64,000 nucleotides of DNA from Octopus bimaculoides (taxonomy: Eukaryota), in NCBI RefSeq assembly GCF_001194135.2, contig NC_068982.1, forward strand, positions 58,894,287 to 58,958,286, in the 5' to 3' direction. The notes beneath the pieces are model-generated. The model was given only the letters and a program-made list of their open reading frames with translations, was not told the origin of the DNA and made no database searches. Positions 24,560 through 38,480 of this stretch are shown piece after piece. Made by a program: the position numbers and the translations under genes. Position 1 is the stretch's first letter, and the number at the start of each line of letters is the position of its first letter.

Positions 24560-25511
24560 AACTACTACTACTACTACCCTCCTTTTGCTGAAGCAAAGAT
24601 ATGTTGTGTTGATAACAGGAGACAATTTATCTCGGCTGACGACGCCTTCCGCCATAATGAAATTATGCGTCAGGTCGTGGAAGACTTTTCTCTCAGTCTT
24701 CAATGAAGGATGACAATAAAGCGACTCGCAAATTAACAAACCACAATGCCATATTGTGTTTATCTGTTATTGTTGGTTTATAAATTACTTGGATGTGTGT
24801 ATATGTATATCTGTACGTGCGTGTGTATGTATATATTTGTATGTATGAATGTATATATGTCCATGTGTTTGCATGCATGTTGTACATATGTGTGTGTGTG
24901 TATGCATGTATTTATGCAACTATATACAAACACACACATTCATGCGTGTGCGTGTGTGTAAATGCATGTGCGTATATATATAAGTGTGCATATGCGTGTG
25001 TATATATGTTTTTATCTATGCATCTTTATATGTCTGAATGTGTGTGTGAGCATAAATCTACGAACACATGTGTATATAAATATTTTCATCTGTGTGTGCA
25101 ATCATGTAAGAACAGACATACACACACAAACGCACATACATACACACACATGTATTGGTGCAAAACCGTTCTTCTTTGACTAACCAAGAATTCCTGAATA
25201 TATGGTAACGGAAATAAATTGAATTATTGCAGATTACTTCTGATGAATTTCTCCAAGAAAACATGGAAAAGTGACATTGGAAGTTATTTTCGCTTATTAT
25301 TCGTTAGATTTGTCAAAGATGAACATTATTATTTCAGCTATAGAGGTCGCGCTGCACACATTGTGACAACAGTAATTTCTGGAAGCGTTTAATCAAAGTT
25401 ATTGATATTTTGTTTGAAATTCTTCTTTGGATAACAAATCGATGGGGATTGCTTATGATAGATTTTCTTGTTATTATTGTTGTTGTTGTTCATGTTCTTC
25501 TTAACTTTCTA

Positions 25512-25725
25512 ACCTTTTACTTGTGTCAGTCATTAGGCTGAGGCCATACCGGAGCACCGACTTGAAATTTTTTTAGTAGAACGAATCGACCCCAGTACTT
25601 AGTTTTTTTTTTTTTAAGTCTGGTACTTATTCTATCGGCTCCCTATTGCCGAACCGCTATGTTACAGGAACGTAAACACACCAACGCCAATTGTCAAGCG
25701 CTGACGGGGGACAAACACAGACACA

Positions 25726-25735
<10 letters not shown>
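25512..25735 (-). mobile_element. SINE type B 3' unit running into a microsatellite and gap
   Basis: ggtacttattctatcggctc..gccgaaccgct..gtaaacacacc..gtcaagcg..ggacaaacacagacac. Confidence 0.8.
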
Positions 25736-25788
<53 letters not shown>

Positions 25789-26626
25789 NNNNNNNNNNNN
25801 NNNNNNNNNNNNNNNNNNNNNNNNNNNNNNNNNNNNNNNNNNNNNNNNNNNNNNNNNNNNNNNNNNNNNNNNNNNNNNNNNNNNNNNNNNNNNNNNNNNN
25901 NNNNNNNNNNNNNNNNNNNNNNNNNNNNNNNNNNNNNNNNNNNNNNNNNNNNNNNNNNNNNNNNNNNNNNNNNNNNNNNNNNNNNNNNNNNNNNNNNNNN
26001 NNNNNNNNNNNNNNNNNNNNNNNNNNNNNNNNNNNNNNNNNNNNNNNNNNNNNNNNNNNNNNNNNNNNNNNNNNNNNNNNNNNNNNNNNNNNNNNNNNNN
26101 NNNNNNNNNNNNNNNNNNNNNNNNNNNNNNNNNNNNNNNNNNNNNNNNNNNNNNNNNNNNNNNNNNNNNNNNNNNNNNNNNNNNNNNNNNNNNNNNNNNN
26201 NNNNNNNNNNNNNNNNNNNNNNNNNNNNNNNNNNNNNNNNNNNNNNNNNNNNNNNNNNNNNNNNNNNNNNNNNNNNNNNNNNNNNNNNNNNNNNNNNNNN
26301 NNNNNNNNNNNNNNNNNNNNNNNNNNNNNNNNNNNNNNNNNNNNNNNNNNNNNNNNNNNNNNNNNNNNNNNNNNNNNNNNNNNNNNNNNNNNNNNNNNNN
26401 NNNNNNNNNNNNNNNNNNNNNNNNNNNNNNNNNNNNNNNNNNNNNNNNNNNNNNNNNNNNNNNNNNNNNNNNNNNNNNNNNNNNNNNNNNNNNNNNNNNN
26501 NNNNNNNNNNNNNNNNNNNNNNNNNNNNNNNNNNNNNNTTTAGCGATCACTGAAACTGATAGAAATAGGAGCCAAATGTTCCTCAAATCACACCTTATCA
26601 CCTGGGAAAACAACTGGGCATGAGTG

Positions 26627-26668
<42 letters not shown>

Positions 26669-27574
26669 AATATACGGTGTATATATGTTGAATCCTGGGA
26701 ACATGCCTAAATAAAAAATAAAAAATGCTTGATCATAAGTCTTCTAGATTGTGGGTAAGATGGCTTAAATATCAACAACCCAACAGCAACAGCAACAGCT
26801 GCAGCAACAACAACAAAAACAACACCAGTAGCAGTTGCAATAATATCTCCAAACCATCTGTTCACATCAGTTACTAAAAGACCTTGAATCTTTGGTCTGC
26901 TGTCATGTGATGTTCTTTCCATCTCCTTCTGCTTTTCCTACCTTTGATGTAAACTATTGCCCTCCCTCCCTATTTTTCTTCTACCCTGACTAAACATGCA
27001 CCTTTACCTGTCAAACTAATTCGTACAGCCATTTTTAATCTCACATAATTTCACACTTATATAATCAGGAAAGATTCCATTTTGCTCCAGCACATCAACC
27101 TATGTTTTGGTTACAAGATTAAAGAAGAATGATTGCTACATTATTCTACTTCATATTGGCTCCTTAGAAATTATAGCAGAGATACTTCGCTACCAATTTT
27201 AAACAACTAACTTTAGGCAAATAACAATTCAACAGAACACTTAAGGAGTTAAGATTAGCAAATTATTTGTATATTATAGGACTAGAAAATAGGTCGTGGA
27301 TAACGATCGGCATGCAACAAAAGGTCGGTATTAACATACTCAATGTAATGAACCAAGACATTTTAATCGATTGAAACTGATTAAAAATGTAATATGAGCA
27401 ATGCAACGAAGAATGAGTCTGATTTTAGTGGTAGAGTTCACAATGTTTCAGTTTTATTAAACTTTTTCAGCGAAGTATTATCTTTGATATGTGTGTGTGT
27501 GTATATATATATATATGTATATATATATATGATCGCTAAATCCACAAGTTTTTTAATTCTCTATTTATTTTCTC

Positions 27575-27695
27575 TTATTCCTTTCTGTTGAAAAGCGTAG
27601 GCTCAAAAAGTAAAAGACTTTTTCACTTTCCCGAGCATCAAACTAATACACCTGCTTGTTGTTCATACACCTGTCTTCGTCTTTTGTTTTTCAAC
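27575..27695 (+). mobile_element. Penelope-type terminal repeat remnant
   Basis: ctttctgttgaaaagcgtaggctc..gtaaaagacttt..cccgagc..cacctgtcttcgtc; inverted homolog at 43520-43660. Confidence 0.55.
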
Positions 27696-28399
27696 TATGT
27701 GTGTGTGTGTGTGTTTTGTTTTATATTTTCATAAAAAAGAAAACTAGGAATACAAATTAAGGCAAAGAACCCGATATATAATTTCAAATGGAAATATTTG
27801 TTTCTTGAGAGAATGGCTCTCAGCACCGACCGACCTTAACACTATTGTATAGGAATACTCTAACGAAGAAAAACTAAACGGTTTGGAATGAATCAGACTC
27901 TACCAGCCTTCTTGAAGTCGGCGAATTCGAAGAGTCGTTAGAACATAGGATGACGTGCGTTGTGGTATATACACTGGCTTCTTGCATTCTGAGTTTAAAT
28001 CATGCCGAGATCAACATTGCTTTCCCCCGGGGCCGATGGATAAATTATCAGCATCAGGCAGTGGATTAGCAGAATCGTTATATCGTTGGACGTGATGTCT
28101 TGTACTATATGTCTAAAATCATTTCAATTCGTATGGCGTTGTGACTTAAGTTCTCGAGAAAGTTGTACATAAAATCCCTTTTCGTGCAGTGGAAAGATTG
28201 ACATAACTTTTCAATATTTTCCATGTTTTGTTCAGAAAGGACACACAAAAATATTTCATTATAAAAAAACGAATTTGTCCGAAACGTTTCGGAAACTCCT
28301 TTATAACCGCATACCAAGCTAAGAAATTTTATTTACAACATAAACAAATACAATTTTCAGCAAAGTACGCCATTACTAGTTTCCTTGGTGAAGGCATAT

Positions 28400-28440
28400 G
28401 TTTATGTGCATAGGTGTGTATACATAAATATATGTATGTA

Positions 28441-28498
<58 letters not shown>

Positions 28499-28553
28499 CA
28501 GACATATATAATAATAAAAGAACAAGTATCATACATAAGACTATATATATATG

Positions 28554-28597
<44 letters not shown>

Positions 28598-28854
28598 GTA
28601 TGTATCATGCATACATATATATATATTCATATACATACACAATACATACATACGTACATACATACAAATAAAAGTTGAGCAATATACAAAATCTAGCAAG
28701 CAGAAAGGCGAGAAATTGCAGGAGAGATGACTGTTTTGATGTATTGGATCTCATCAACCACATGTACGTTTAACCTGAAGCTACGAGAAAAGTGAAAAGG
28801 GAACATGTATGTATGTATATATATGCGTTATGTATAATATATGTACGTACGTAC

Positions 28855-28902
<48 letters not shown>

Positions 28903-29649
28903 CAAAGAGAGAGAAAGATGGCGGTGTAAGGCAGATGGTGAGACATATTAGGTCGAAGCAGTGGACTGTCACACTATTTCTCAACATGGGTCTTGTTCAG
29001 CAATTTATTAACCATTATACACATACAGTATTTGTACATTATACAAACATACATATATGGATAGAAACAAACATACATACTTACATACATATATATATAT
29101 CATGTACTGATTATTTATACGCATATATATATACATATGTGGATATATATATATGTGCATACATAAATATATGTATATATTTATATGCACACATACATAT
29201 ATATATATTAAAACATTTATATGCACACATACATATATATATATTAAAACATGTATACACACACACACACACACACACACAGACATATGTATGCATGTGT
29301 ATATATATATACGTATATTATGTATTTGTATATATATGTATATATACATATGCATGCATATATATACATATATATGCATGTATATGTAAATATACATGCA
29401 TGTATATATATATATACATATATGCATATAAATATAAATATATATATATACATATATATACATGTATGTATATATACATATATATGTATACATATATATG
29501 TATATATATGTATGTATATATGTATATATATATTTGTGCACGTATATATATGTAAATATATATATACACATATATATATACATATATATACAAGTATGTA
29601 TATATACATATATATATGCATGTCTATATATATACATATGCATGCATGC

Positions 29650-29687
<38 letters not shown>

Positions 29688-29699
29688 ATATAGCTATAC

Positions 29700-29762
<63 letters not shown>

Positions 29763-29968
29763 TACACATACACATATATATATACATACATATATGTATA
29801 CCTTATTAGGCAGATATATGCATATACATACATAAATGTCAATATATACATATGTACCCAAACGCGCATGATATATATATATGTATACAAAAGAAAAGAA
29901 GGGTATGGACACAATGAACGTGATAGCACACGTTACACATACGTACTCGTATACATACACAAAACACC

Positions 29969-30032
<64 letters not shown>

Positions 30033-31197
30033 TATCTCTCCGTCCATCCACTGACACAACACCAACATGCACCATATTTAAGTAGGACCCATGTTATCCA
30101 GCCTTCAGATGCTAATCTTCTCCGTTCTTGATAGTTTAGCCAGAAGCTATAGACCTGCATATTTTTGTCATTCACTTTTCTGAATGTGATCAAATGATAC
30201 CATGCATACTCTAATGGATTCATCTCCCTTTAGCCTGCTCTTTAATATCTTTCATCAAAACTCCTTAAATAGAATTTTCTTCTCGCGTGCACTGCACACT
30301 CTCTCTCTGTCTATCTGCCTGTTTCTCTCTCTCTCTCTCTCCATTATAGATGTAAGTATGTACATACACGTATGTATATATGCATATATATACATATATA
30401 TATATATGTATGTGTATGAGTATGTATATATATATATATATATATATCATACATATATGTATATACATATACATAATACATGCATATATATATATATATA
30501 CCTATACTTATCTATGTATGTTTATATGCATATATATATACATATATACACATACATACCTATGTATGTTTACATACATATATATATACACATATACTTA
30601 TCTATGTATGATTACATATATACATACGTATATATATTTATATATACACGTGTGTGTGTACGTTTATTTATATATATATATACACATATGCATATATATA
30701 TATATGTATATATATANNNNNNNNNNNNNNNNNNNNNNNNNNNNNNNNNNNNNNNNNNNNNNNNNNNNNNNNNNNNNNNNNNNNNNNNNNNNNNNNNNNN
30801 NNNNNNNNNNNNNNNNNNNNNNNNNNNNNNNNNNNNNNNNNNNNNNNNNNNNNNNNNNNNNNNNNNNNNNNNNNNNNNNNNNNNNNNNNNNNNNNNNNNN
30901 NNNNNNNNNNNNNNNNNNNNNNNNNNNNNNNNNNNNNNNNNNNNNNNNNNNNNNNNNNNNNNNNNNNNNNNNNNNNNNNNNNNNNNNNNNNNNNNNNNNN
31001 NNNNNNNNNNNNNNNNNNNNNNNNNNNNNNNNNNNNNNNNNNNNNNNNNNNNNNNNNNNNNNNNATATATATATATAATATATATATATATTACTCATTA
31101 CTCACACAAACATGTATATGTTTATACAGATGTACGATTACATTGTATGTATGTGCATATAAATAATTATATATATGTGTGCGTGTGTGTGTGTGTT

Positions 31198-31231
<34 letters not shown>

Positions 31232-31260
31232 TTCGTGCGTTCGTGTGCGCGCGGGCATGT
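28400..31260. repeat. About 2.9 kb of cryptic (TA/CA/TG)n alternating purine-pyrimidine repeats with short unique islands
   Basis: Visible directly; generates the YIYI/CVCV ORFs. Confidence 0.9.
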
Positions 31261-31832
31261 GTGCCTATATATTCGTTGTCACTGAGATGCCAGCTGCCTC
31301 CGTTTGGAATTTTATCGGTTCATTTACCCTGACTGTCCATGTATATCCTGTACGTCTGTCTGACTGTCCAACTATGCCTGGCTTGTGTATTTGACTTTTA
31401 TCTAACTATCGTTTCATCTCCCTTTCTCTCACATATACTAATACACGCTCATACACACAGTTACTCTCCTTTTCACTCTCCCCCTCTCTCTCTCGCTTTC
31501 TATTTCATCTCTTCCTTTCCTTTCTAACTCTTGTCTTTTTGTCTGTGTATTCATCTCTTTTCCAGGATTTCTGTCAGCCATATTAGTCTGATTTTTCGTG
31601 TCATAAAAATGTCCTTAATCTCGTCCATTCTTTTCTTTCCCTTCCTTACTCTCTCACGCACACTCTTTGCCTCCCTGTGTGTCTCTGTATGTGTATCTTT
31701 CTATTTCTGTCCTTCTTTTCGTATATCTGTCAGCCATGTTACCATGTCTTACGGAATACAGTCATTATTCCCTTTCCTCTCTTTCCCCCTTCGTCTCTCC
31801 CTCCCTATCTATCTACATACCTATCTACATAC

Positions 31833-31878
<46 letters not shown>

Positions 31879-32024
31879 GCCTATCTATCTATCTATATAT
31901 CTATCACACTATCTCTCTCATACCTAATGTTCGCCTACATTGTCGCCTGTTTGCTAAGGCGGCCGATCATCCTGTTGATTATATGTGTTAACTCTATGTG
32001 CTTCAAGTTAATATATCATACACA

Positions 32025-32092
<68 letters not shown>

Positions 32093-33389
32093 TATATGCT
32101 GCGAACGAGAAAGCGAGGGTTTTGGGTGACGGATGAGGTGAGTAAGTGAAGTAGGACATCTCCCATATTTCCCTCCAGAGATCATATACCCCTAATTGTT
32201 TTAGAGTCAGGCTATAAATGTTTTCTTTAAAAAGAAAATTTATTTATATGTTCAGATGCTTTGTCACATATCACAACGTTAGCATATAATATCTACATCT
32301 CTGCCCCCACCACCACTACACACACACATGCATACACACATGTGTACAAATACACAAACGCATGTGCAAATACACGTACACGTATTGAGATTGCTTTTAC
32401 TAATCTGGAAGTCAACAATGATGACGCATCCTCACCTATTCTGTCCATCTCTGTCCGCCATTGCACTTCATAAAAATTAGCACATGGAAGTCGACATTTT
32501 GTTTTGCTTCCATTACGATCAATTCGAGAAAAAGCTTGAACACCGCACATAAGAGAAATTCATACAGGTACTGACACATTCTACTCTTTTACCTTCTGCG
32601 TGCCGCATTTGTTTTTCAGGGGTTAGCGGCTGTGGTTTTCCTTACCAAAGACCGAAAACTGATGATATTTTTTTTTTTTTTTGCCTCTGGAAATATGCAA
32701 CAGTGAATTGCTGTAGTTATGTTCTATTTACAGTTTGCTGCGTTAGTATCTTGTTCTCGCTTCTGGATTTACCTTAGAGGTACAGGACCCATTTCATCCC
32801 CAAGCAGAAGGCTGGTTCACATGGCATCAGAACATGTCTATCACCGATAATACGGTGGGAGACATATCTAAGGATCATCCCTCCTTCTCCTTCTTTAAGT
32901 TTTGTATTCTTTTCTTAACCACAAGACCATTTTCTGCTGACTCATAACTGGGGCCCTTGACAGGCACTGCTATCCTTGTCCAGAGTGAACCGGGGAGTAT
33001 TAACAACTAAGGTGTAAGCTCATGCTCCCCAAAACTCCTTGAACTGCAGTTGGGGCCTCCATACCAGATGCAGTAGAACGAAAAGCAGAACTAACGAGGG
33101 AGCCCTTACATAACGAACTCAACCTACTGAAATAACCCGCCTCAATGAACAGGAGACATTAATTAATGTCTGCATACCTCTAAAAGCCGCGATGGTTATG
33201 GTTGGACTGTCTAAGATCATAAGTTTGCTCAATGAAGGTTGACATGGGAGTAAGCAACAATAACACGCCTGTAGAATTATAGTCCTATTACAATATGATA
33301 CCAATACTATTACATCACTACACTATCACTGTAGAATATTACACCAATACATTCCCCTATTACAATTCTACTCTACTACATCTCTAAAT

Positions 33390-33733
33390 GTTGAAGGCGA
33401 TTGGCTCAGTGGTTAGAGAGTCGGGTCCACAATCATGAGGTAGTGAGTTCGATTCTCGGACTGGGCTGTGTGTTGTGTTCTTGAGCAAGACACTTTATTT
33501 CACGTTGCTCCACTTCACTCACCTATAGAAATGAGTTGCAACGTTACTTAGTGCCAAGATGTATTGGCCTTTGCCTTTCCCATGGGTAACATCAGTGGTG
33601 TGGAGAGGGGAGGCTGGTATGCATGGGCGACTGCTGGTCTTCCATAAACAACCTTGTCCGGGCTTTCCCTCGGGGGTGTAACTTTCTGGTTGCAATCCTA
33701 TGGTCATCCCTGACTGAAGGAGGTTTTTACCCT
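33390..33733 (+). mobile_element. Full-length SINE type D with tail Z
   Basis: 13-bp TSD tacatctctaaat / tacatcactaaat (one mismatch) at 33377-33389 and 33734-33746; A-box TGGCTCAGTGG, B-box AGTTCGATTC. Confidence 0.9.
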
Positions 33734-33774
33734 TACATCACTAAATAGCATATCTATGCAAGTGTACCCGTCCC

Positions 33775-34070
33775 GATTTTGTTTCTTCATAACTTTCAGA
33801 ATTATGGACATTGTCAATGAAGTTTTCTACAAGTACCCACCAGGTGGTATAGATTTCGATTATATCGAATTTGTGATGGAAAGTTTTTTCGTAGGTGGGG
33901 AAAGAGTTTCGAATAATTTACTCAAGTCGACTTTGTTTCCTCATAACTTTTAGAAAAATTGGCATATTTTAATAAAATATTCTACAAATTTCTTTCAGAT
34001 GGTGGAAATTGCGATTAAATAGAATTTAATGTTGAAAAGAAAAACTGGTGAGCGCACACGTATACATACT
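33775..34070. repeat. Element with two diverged internal units (period about 150 bp)
   Basis: cataacttt(c/t)agaa..ttctacaa..cag(g/a)tggt..gatta..gaattt occurs twice. Confidence 0.55.
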
Positions 34071-34620
34071 AACACACCTCACATAATTTTTTAAAATTTC
34101 AAATCTCATTTTATAGATATACATATATGTGATGTGTGTCAGAATGCATGTGTATGAACTAACAAATTAAAAGATTTTTTACGTTAAATTGCAATATAAT
34201 CGTAATCTACATGATCTGAAAAGTATTTGTAAAAAAATTTATTATAAAATACCTATGTTCCTGTAAGCTATGAGGAAACAAAGTTCGTATAGGTATGCCA
34301 TCAACATTATTAAACCTCTAGAATATCATCCTACTACCTTATTACATCAGTCATAGCGTCACAGTTATCAAGTAGAGAGGAAGATGGTAACACTTGGGAA
34401 GTCTTTCATCATAGGTTTATTCAGTCATTGCTGACCTGAGACTAACCAATAATATTGTCTTAATGGTGAAAAACTAAATAAATACGAGATAATTTGTGAG
34501 CCATCCCCTGTTCTTTCTACTATTGTTTCATACTTCCTATCTCTTCACCTCTTACACTTTCACACTTGTTCTCTTTCATTTGCTGCTCATTTCTGTTCTA
34601 CTTTTCCTTTTTATCTAAAT

Positions 34621-34955
34621 CAGTGGTTCTCAGCTGGTGAACCCTTATGGGTTCATATAAGATTTCGGAGGGGTCCACTCTTGCGAAATAGTAAAATGGG
34701 GATTCACAGTAGTATGAAAAGAAGTCCATGAAAAGTTTTGATTTAAATGTGTTTAATGCAAGAAACGGTTAGCTTTCTTTCTCTGGCATTTTACATAGAT
34801 CAGCCGACACAAGTGAATGAGTGACTATCAAAATAGGAATTATGAAAACGATATCTATAAAATTAGTTTTTTAAACACCAAATATCTATGAAGGTCCACG
34901 AGAATAAAGTAGCAAGTAAAGGGGTCTATAGATACAAAATGGTTGAGATCTACTG
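34621..34955 (+). mobile_element. hAT-type MITE, copy 3
   Basis: TIRs cagtggttctcag / ttgagatctactg; 8-bp TSD atctaaat versus gtccaaat (6/8). Confidence 0.8.
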
Positions 34956-35219
34956 GTCCAAATGATTAATTTCATTACGACAGAAGCCATACTGAGAAGA
35001 TAGTTCGATAGGTATTACTGACTTCGAACTTAGACAAAGGACTAACATTTTAGGTGAGGATTATAGTCGTTTATATGGATCTAAATTGTTGACTGCCACC
35101 TATTTCATCAAGCCGGAAACGATGAAAGAAGCTATCAACCACAACAAGATTTGAACTTCAATATAAAGGTTCTTAACATATTCATCAGGCACAAACCACA
35201 TATAATCACGGAACAGTAC

Positions 35220-35257
<38 letters not shown>

Positions 35258-35327
35258 CATGCATACACAGTCGGACGGATAGAGATAGATAGGTATATNN
35301 NNNNNNNNNNNNNNNNNNNNNNNNNNN

Positions 35328-35374
<47 letters not shown>

Positions 35375-36929
35375 TAGATAAATAGATATCACGAAAGAAG
35401 TACGAACGAACAAGGAAATATGCAGTAAAATGAATATATTGTTCAAACGGTTGTGCACAAATCTGAACTCTTCATCAGTTGTCAATTGGAAACCATTGCA
35501 ATTTCGGCGCAATCCACATTCAAACGCGCGCGCATACATGCATCCATAGGTTTATTTTTTTTTGTCGATCCTACTTTTTCTCTCATGTCTATAAATCTAT
35601 CTCTCGCAATATAATCCTATACCCGCCGCCATTTTTCTCAGTCTATTTCTCTCTCTCTCTCTCTCACTTTCTCTCCCTTTATATCGTTTCTTTCTTTTAC
35701 TTGCATTCTCTTTCTTTTTCTCCCGACATCTTTCTAACACTGTCTACGTCCTTATCTCTCTTTTCTGTCTAACCTAATTTTTCTCAGTTCTTTCCTTGCT
35801 TTCTGTCTTTCTCCTTTATTTCCCTCTATAAGTATCCCCTTATATTACTCTTCATCTTCCTTTATTATTTACATAACTTCTGTTCCTCACACACGTTTTT
35901 TTATTCCTTTCTCCTGCATTTTCTCAACGCCACCTCCTCACATAACTTTTTTCACTCGCCGTATTTCTTTCTTTATATCTTCTCTACATATTTATATAAT
36001 TACAGTCACAAAAGCACAACATACTTTTGACACTCCGATGAAAACCAAGTTTCTCGACAAGAATTCATAGAACACCTTTATTATAGCAGAATATTAATTC
36101 CCTGAGCATGTCATTTTTCTCCCAATGTCGCCTTTTGCTAACTTCATCTGCCTCGCATCTCCAGTCCACTTACATCACTCTTCTGATGTCCACATCAGCA
36201 TACCTCTATTCAGTGAGTTGGATAACACAAAAGATCTGCACCCATGCATGTCTTTCAGCAGGCCACCTTGCAGTAACTTTCGAAATAATAATCATACCTG
36301 ATGCTTATTTGTATTTATTTATTTATTCATTTTGTCCATATAAACCTTTTTATTGTATATTTTATGCTACATAATGTCGTGTTTTTATCATTCTAAGAAA
36401 GTGTTCGGAGAGGGGGAAACAAAAGGAGTTAATAATATTCTGCAATTGTGATTTTTTCCCCTCCTCCTTTTCAGAATCATTTAATCAATTTATTATCATG
36501 TATTTTTTCTGTCCATTTCTTATATTTACTTTTTGGCGGAAGAAAAGCTAGTAAAATATAACTAACTTGTCAATGAACCCAAGACGTTTACTTATAGGAA
36601 ATTCTGGATAAGCTATACTTATTAATTATAGAGCACTAGTACCTGTATATTGATTATTCTATCAGCCTGATAAACTCTTTATGCTTTTATTCATGTTTGT
36701 TTCCAATTGCCATATTCTTCGATCGTCTTTTGGGTGACATATTTATTTGTCTGCTGTTGTATATGCTTTGTTACACGAAACTACCACTGAATAATCCGGA
36801 TTGCGGCGTAGATTCTATTATTTGAAATAAGTAAAATAGTTCTGGAGATCGAACCACTGGAAAGACGATGGACTCTGTCAAGATTCGCATGCATTCCATA
36901 CAGACTTATATTCTGATGAACATTCCAGT

Positions 36930-37090
36930 CGATGAGGAAAGCTCTAGGTCACTTGATCTCCAAATAGCTAGACATGTCCCTCAAATTACACCCGAAATAA
37001 GTATATCCCGCAATAGAACATGTAGTGCTGAACCACTGAAACTACGGGACAGTCACGGTTGGAGTGCTTCTGATTTGGTGAGAAACAACA
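36930..37090 (+). repeat. Dispersed repeat F fragment
   Basis: gatgaggaaag..cacttgatctccaaatagc..gtagtgct..gtcacggttggagtgc. Confidence 0.45.
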
Positions 37091-37454
37091 CACTGCCACC
37101 CCATCACTACCACCACCAGCTCATCACCACCACAAACAGCAGCAGCTACAGCAACAGCGGTAAGAACGGCTGCAGCAGCAATAACATTAGGTACAAGAAA
37201 AACTAGAGGGACATTCACTCCTCGGAAGGCATTTTAAGAGAAATTGTTTTCTTTAGCACGAATCGTATTTTTTCAAACACCAAATGGTGGTGATGGTGGT
37301 GTGAGGAGGGTTGTGTATGTTTGTGTGTGGATGCATTTCTTTGTGCATTTATAGTCAAAGAAAGTTTTCAATAAGGAAATAGTTGTCAGCTTACTGTTGC
37401 TATGCGATATTATTATTAAATTAGGGTTAATATACTTAAATGCGGGGAATATCA

Positions 37455-37682
37455 AATATTCTTTTATTCTCTTATTTGTTCCAGTCATTTGACTGTGGCC
37501 ATGCTGGAGTACCGCCTTTAGTCGAACAAATCGACCCCAGGACTTATTTTTTGTAAGCCTAGTACTTATTCTATCGGTCTCTTGCCGAACCGCTAGTTTA
37601 CGGGGATGTAAACACACCAACATCGATTGTCAAGCGATGGTTGTGGTACAAACACAGACACATAAACACACACACACACACG
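37455..37682 (-). mobile_element. SINE type B 3' unit without the tRNA head
   Basis: Near-copy of the 3' half of the adjacent element 37690-38091. Confidence 0.85.
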
Positions 37683-37689
37683 CACATAA

Positions 37690-37906
37690 TATACTCTCTT
37701 TTACTCTTTTACTTGTTTCAGTCATTTGACTGCGGCCATGCTGGAGCACCACCATTAGTCGAGAAAATCGACCCCAAGACTTATTCTTTGTAAGCCTAGT
37801 ACTTATTCTATCGGTCTCTTTTTTGCCGAATCGCTAAGTTACGGGGACGTAAGTAAACCAGCATCGGTTGTCAAGCGATGGTGGGGGGACAAACACAGAC
37901 ACACAA

Positions 37907-37937
<31 letters not shown>

Positions 37938-38091
37938 CATATATACGATGGGCTTCTTTCAGTTTCCGTCTACCAAATCCACTCACAAGGCTTTGGTCGG
38001 CCCGAGGCTATAATAGAAGACACTTGCCCAAGGTGCCATGCAGTGGGACTGAACCAGGAACCATGTGGTTGGTAAGCAAGCTATTTACCAC
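37690..38091 (-). mobile_element. SINE type B (CORE-like GGCACCTTGGGCAAGTGTCTT; internal microsatellite)
   Basis: Matches 47939, 50181 and 61206 copies; extreme 5' end truncated. Confidence 0.9.
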
Positions 38092-38349
38092 GTTAGTGAG
38101 AAATAATTATGTGGTGGGATTTAAACAATATTTATTGATGGCTCATATAATTTTACTTACATTAGCAAGCACGGAAGATAATCCCTGACAAACCAGGATT
38201 CTTATTATGACATCGTCAGCGAAACATCAAATTCACCGTTCTGATATAATGAAGGAAAATCACCAACCAAAAATAAAAGCATTGAATTATTTTCTTTCTC
38301 TTAGATATAAAACTCACACACAAAGAGGTTCCAGCCATTACGTTTTTAC

Positions 38350-38480
38350 TTTGTCATAACTAAACCGATAAGTTTTCCCTTTTTAAAGATAGCATAAAGT
38401 GATTTGGAAGAGAACTGGCTGCTATTTCTAGCAGGCCAAGCAACTGCGTAGATGCTATTTCGTTGGCTCATACGACGTCG
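38350..38480 (-). repeat. Dispersed repeat F fragment
   Basis: Minus strand cttggcctgctagaaatagcagcc..caaatcac..tctttaaaaaggg. Confidence 0.55.

Noticed and set aside
25246-25270. CTGATGA motifs here and near 35470, 36912, 39607 and 53788 as hammerheads
   Set aside because: No stem II followed by GAAA in the right register.
28130-28320. Possible mariner-like left end on the minus strand
   Set aside because: Only a loose TIR resemblance, with no transposase motif or matching second TIR.
28385-31394. Many long ORFs (up to 376 aa)
   Set aside because: Translations are YI/CV/HT dipeptide runs from dinucleotide repeats or read through N-gaps.
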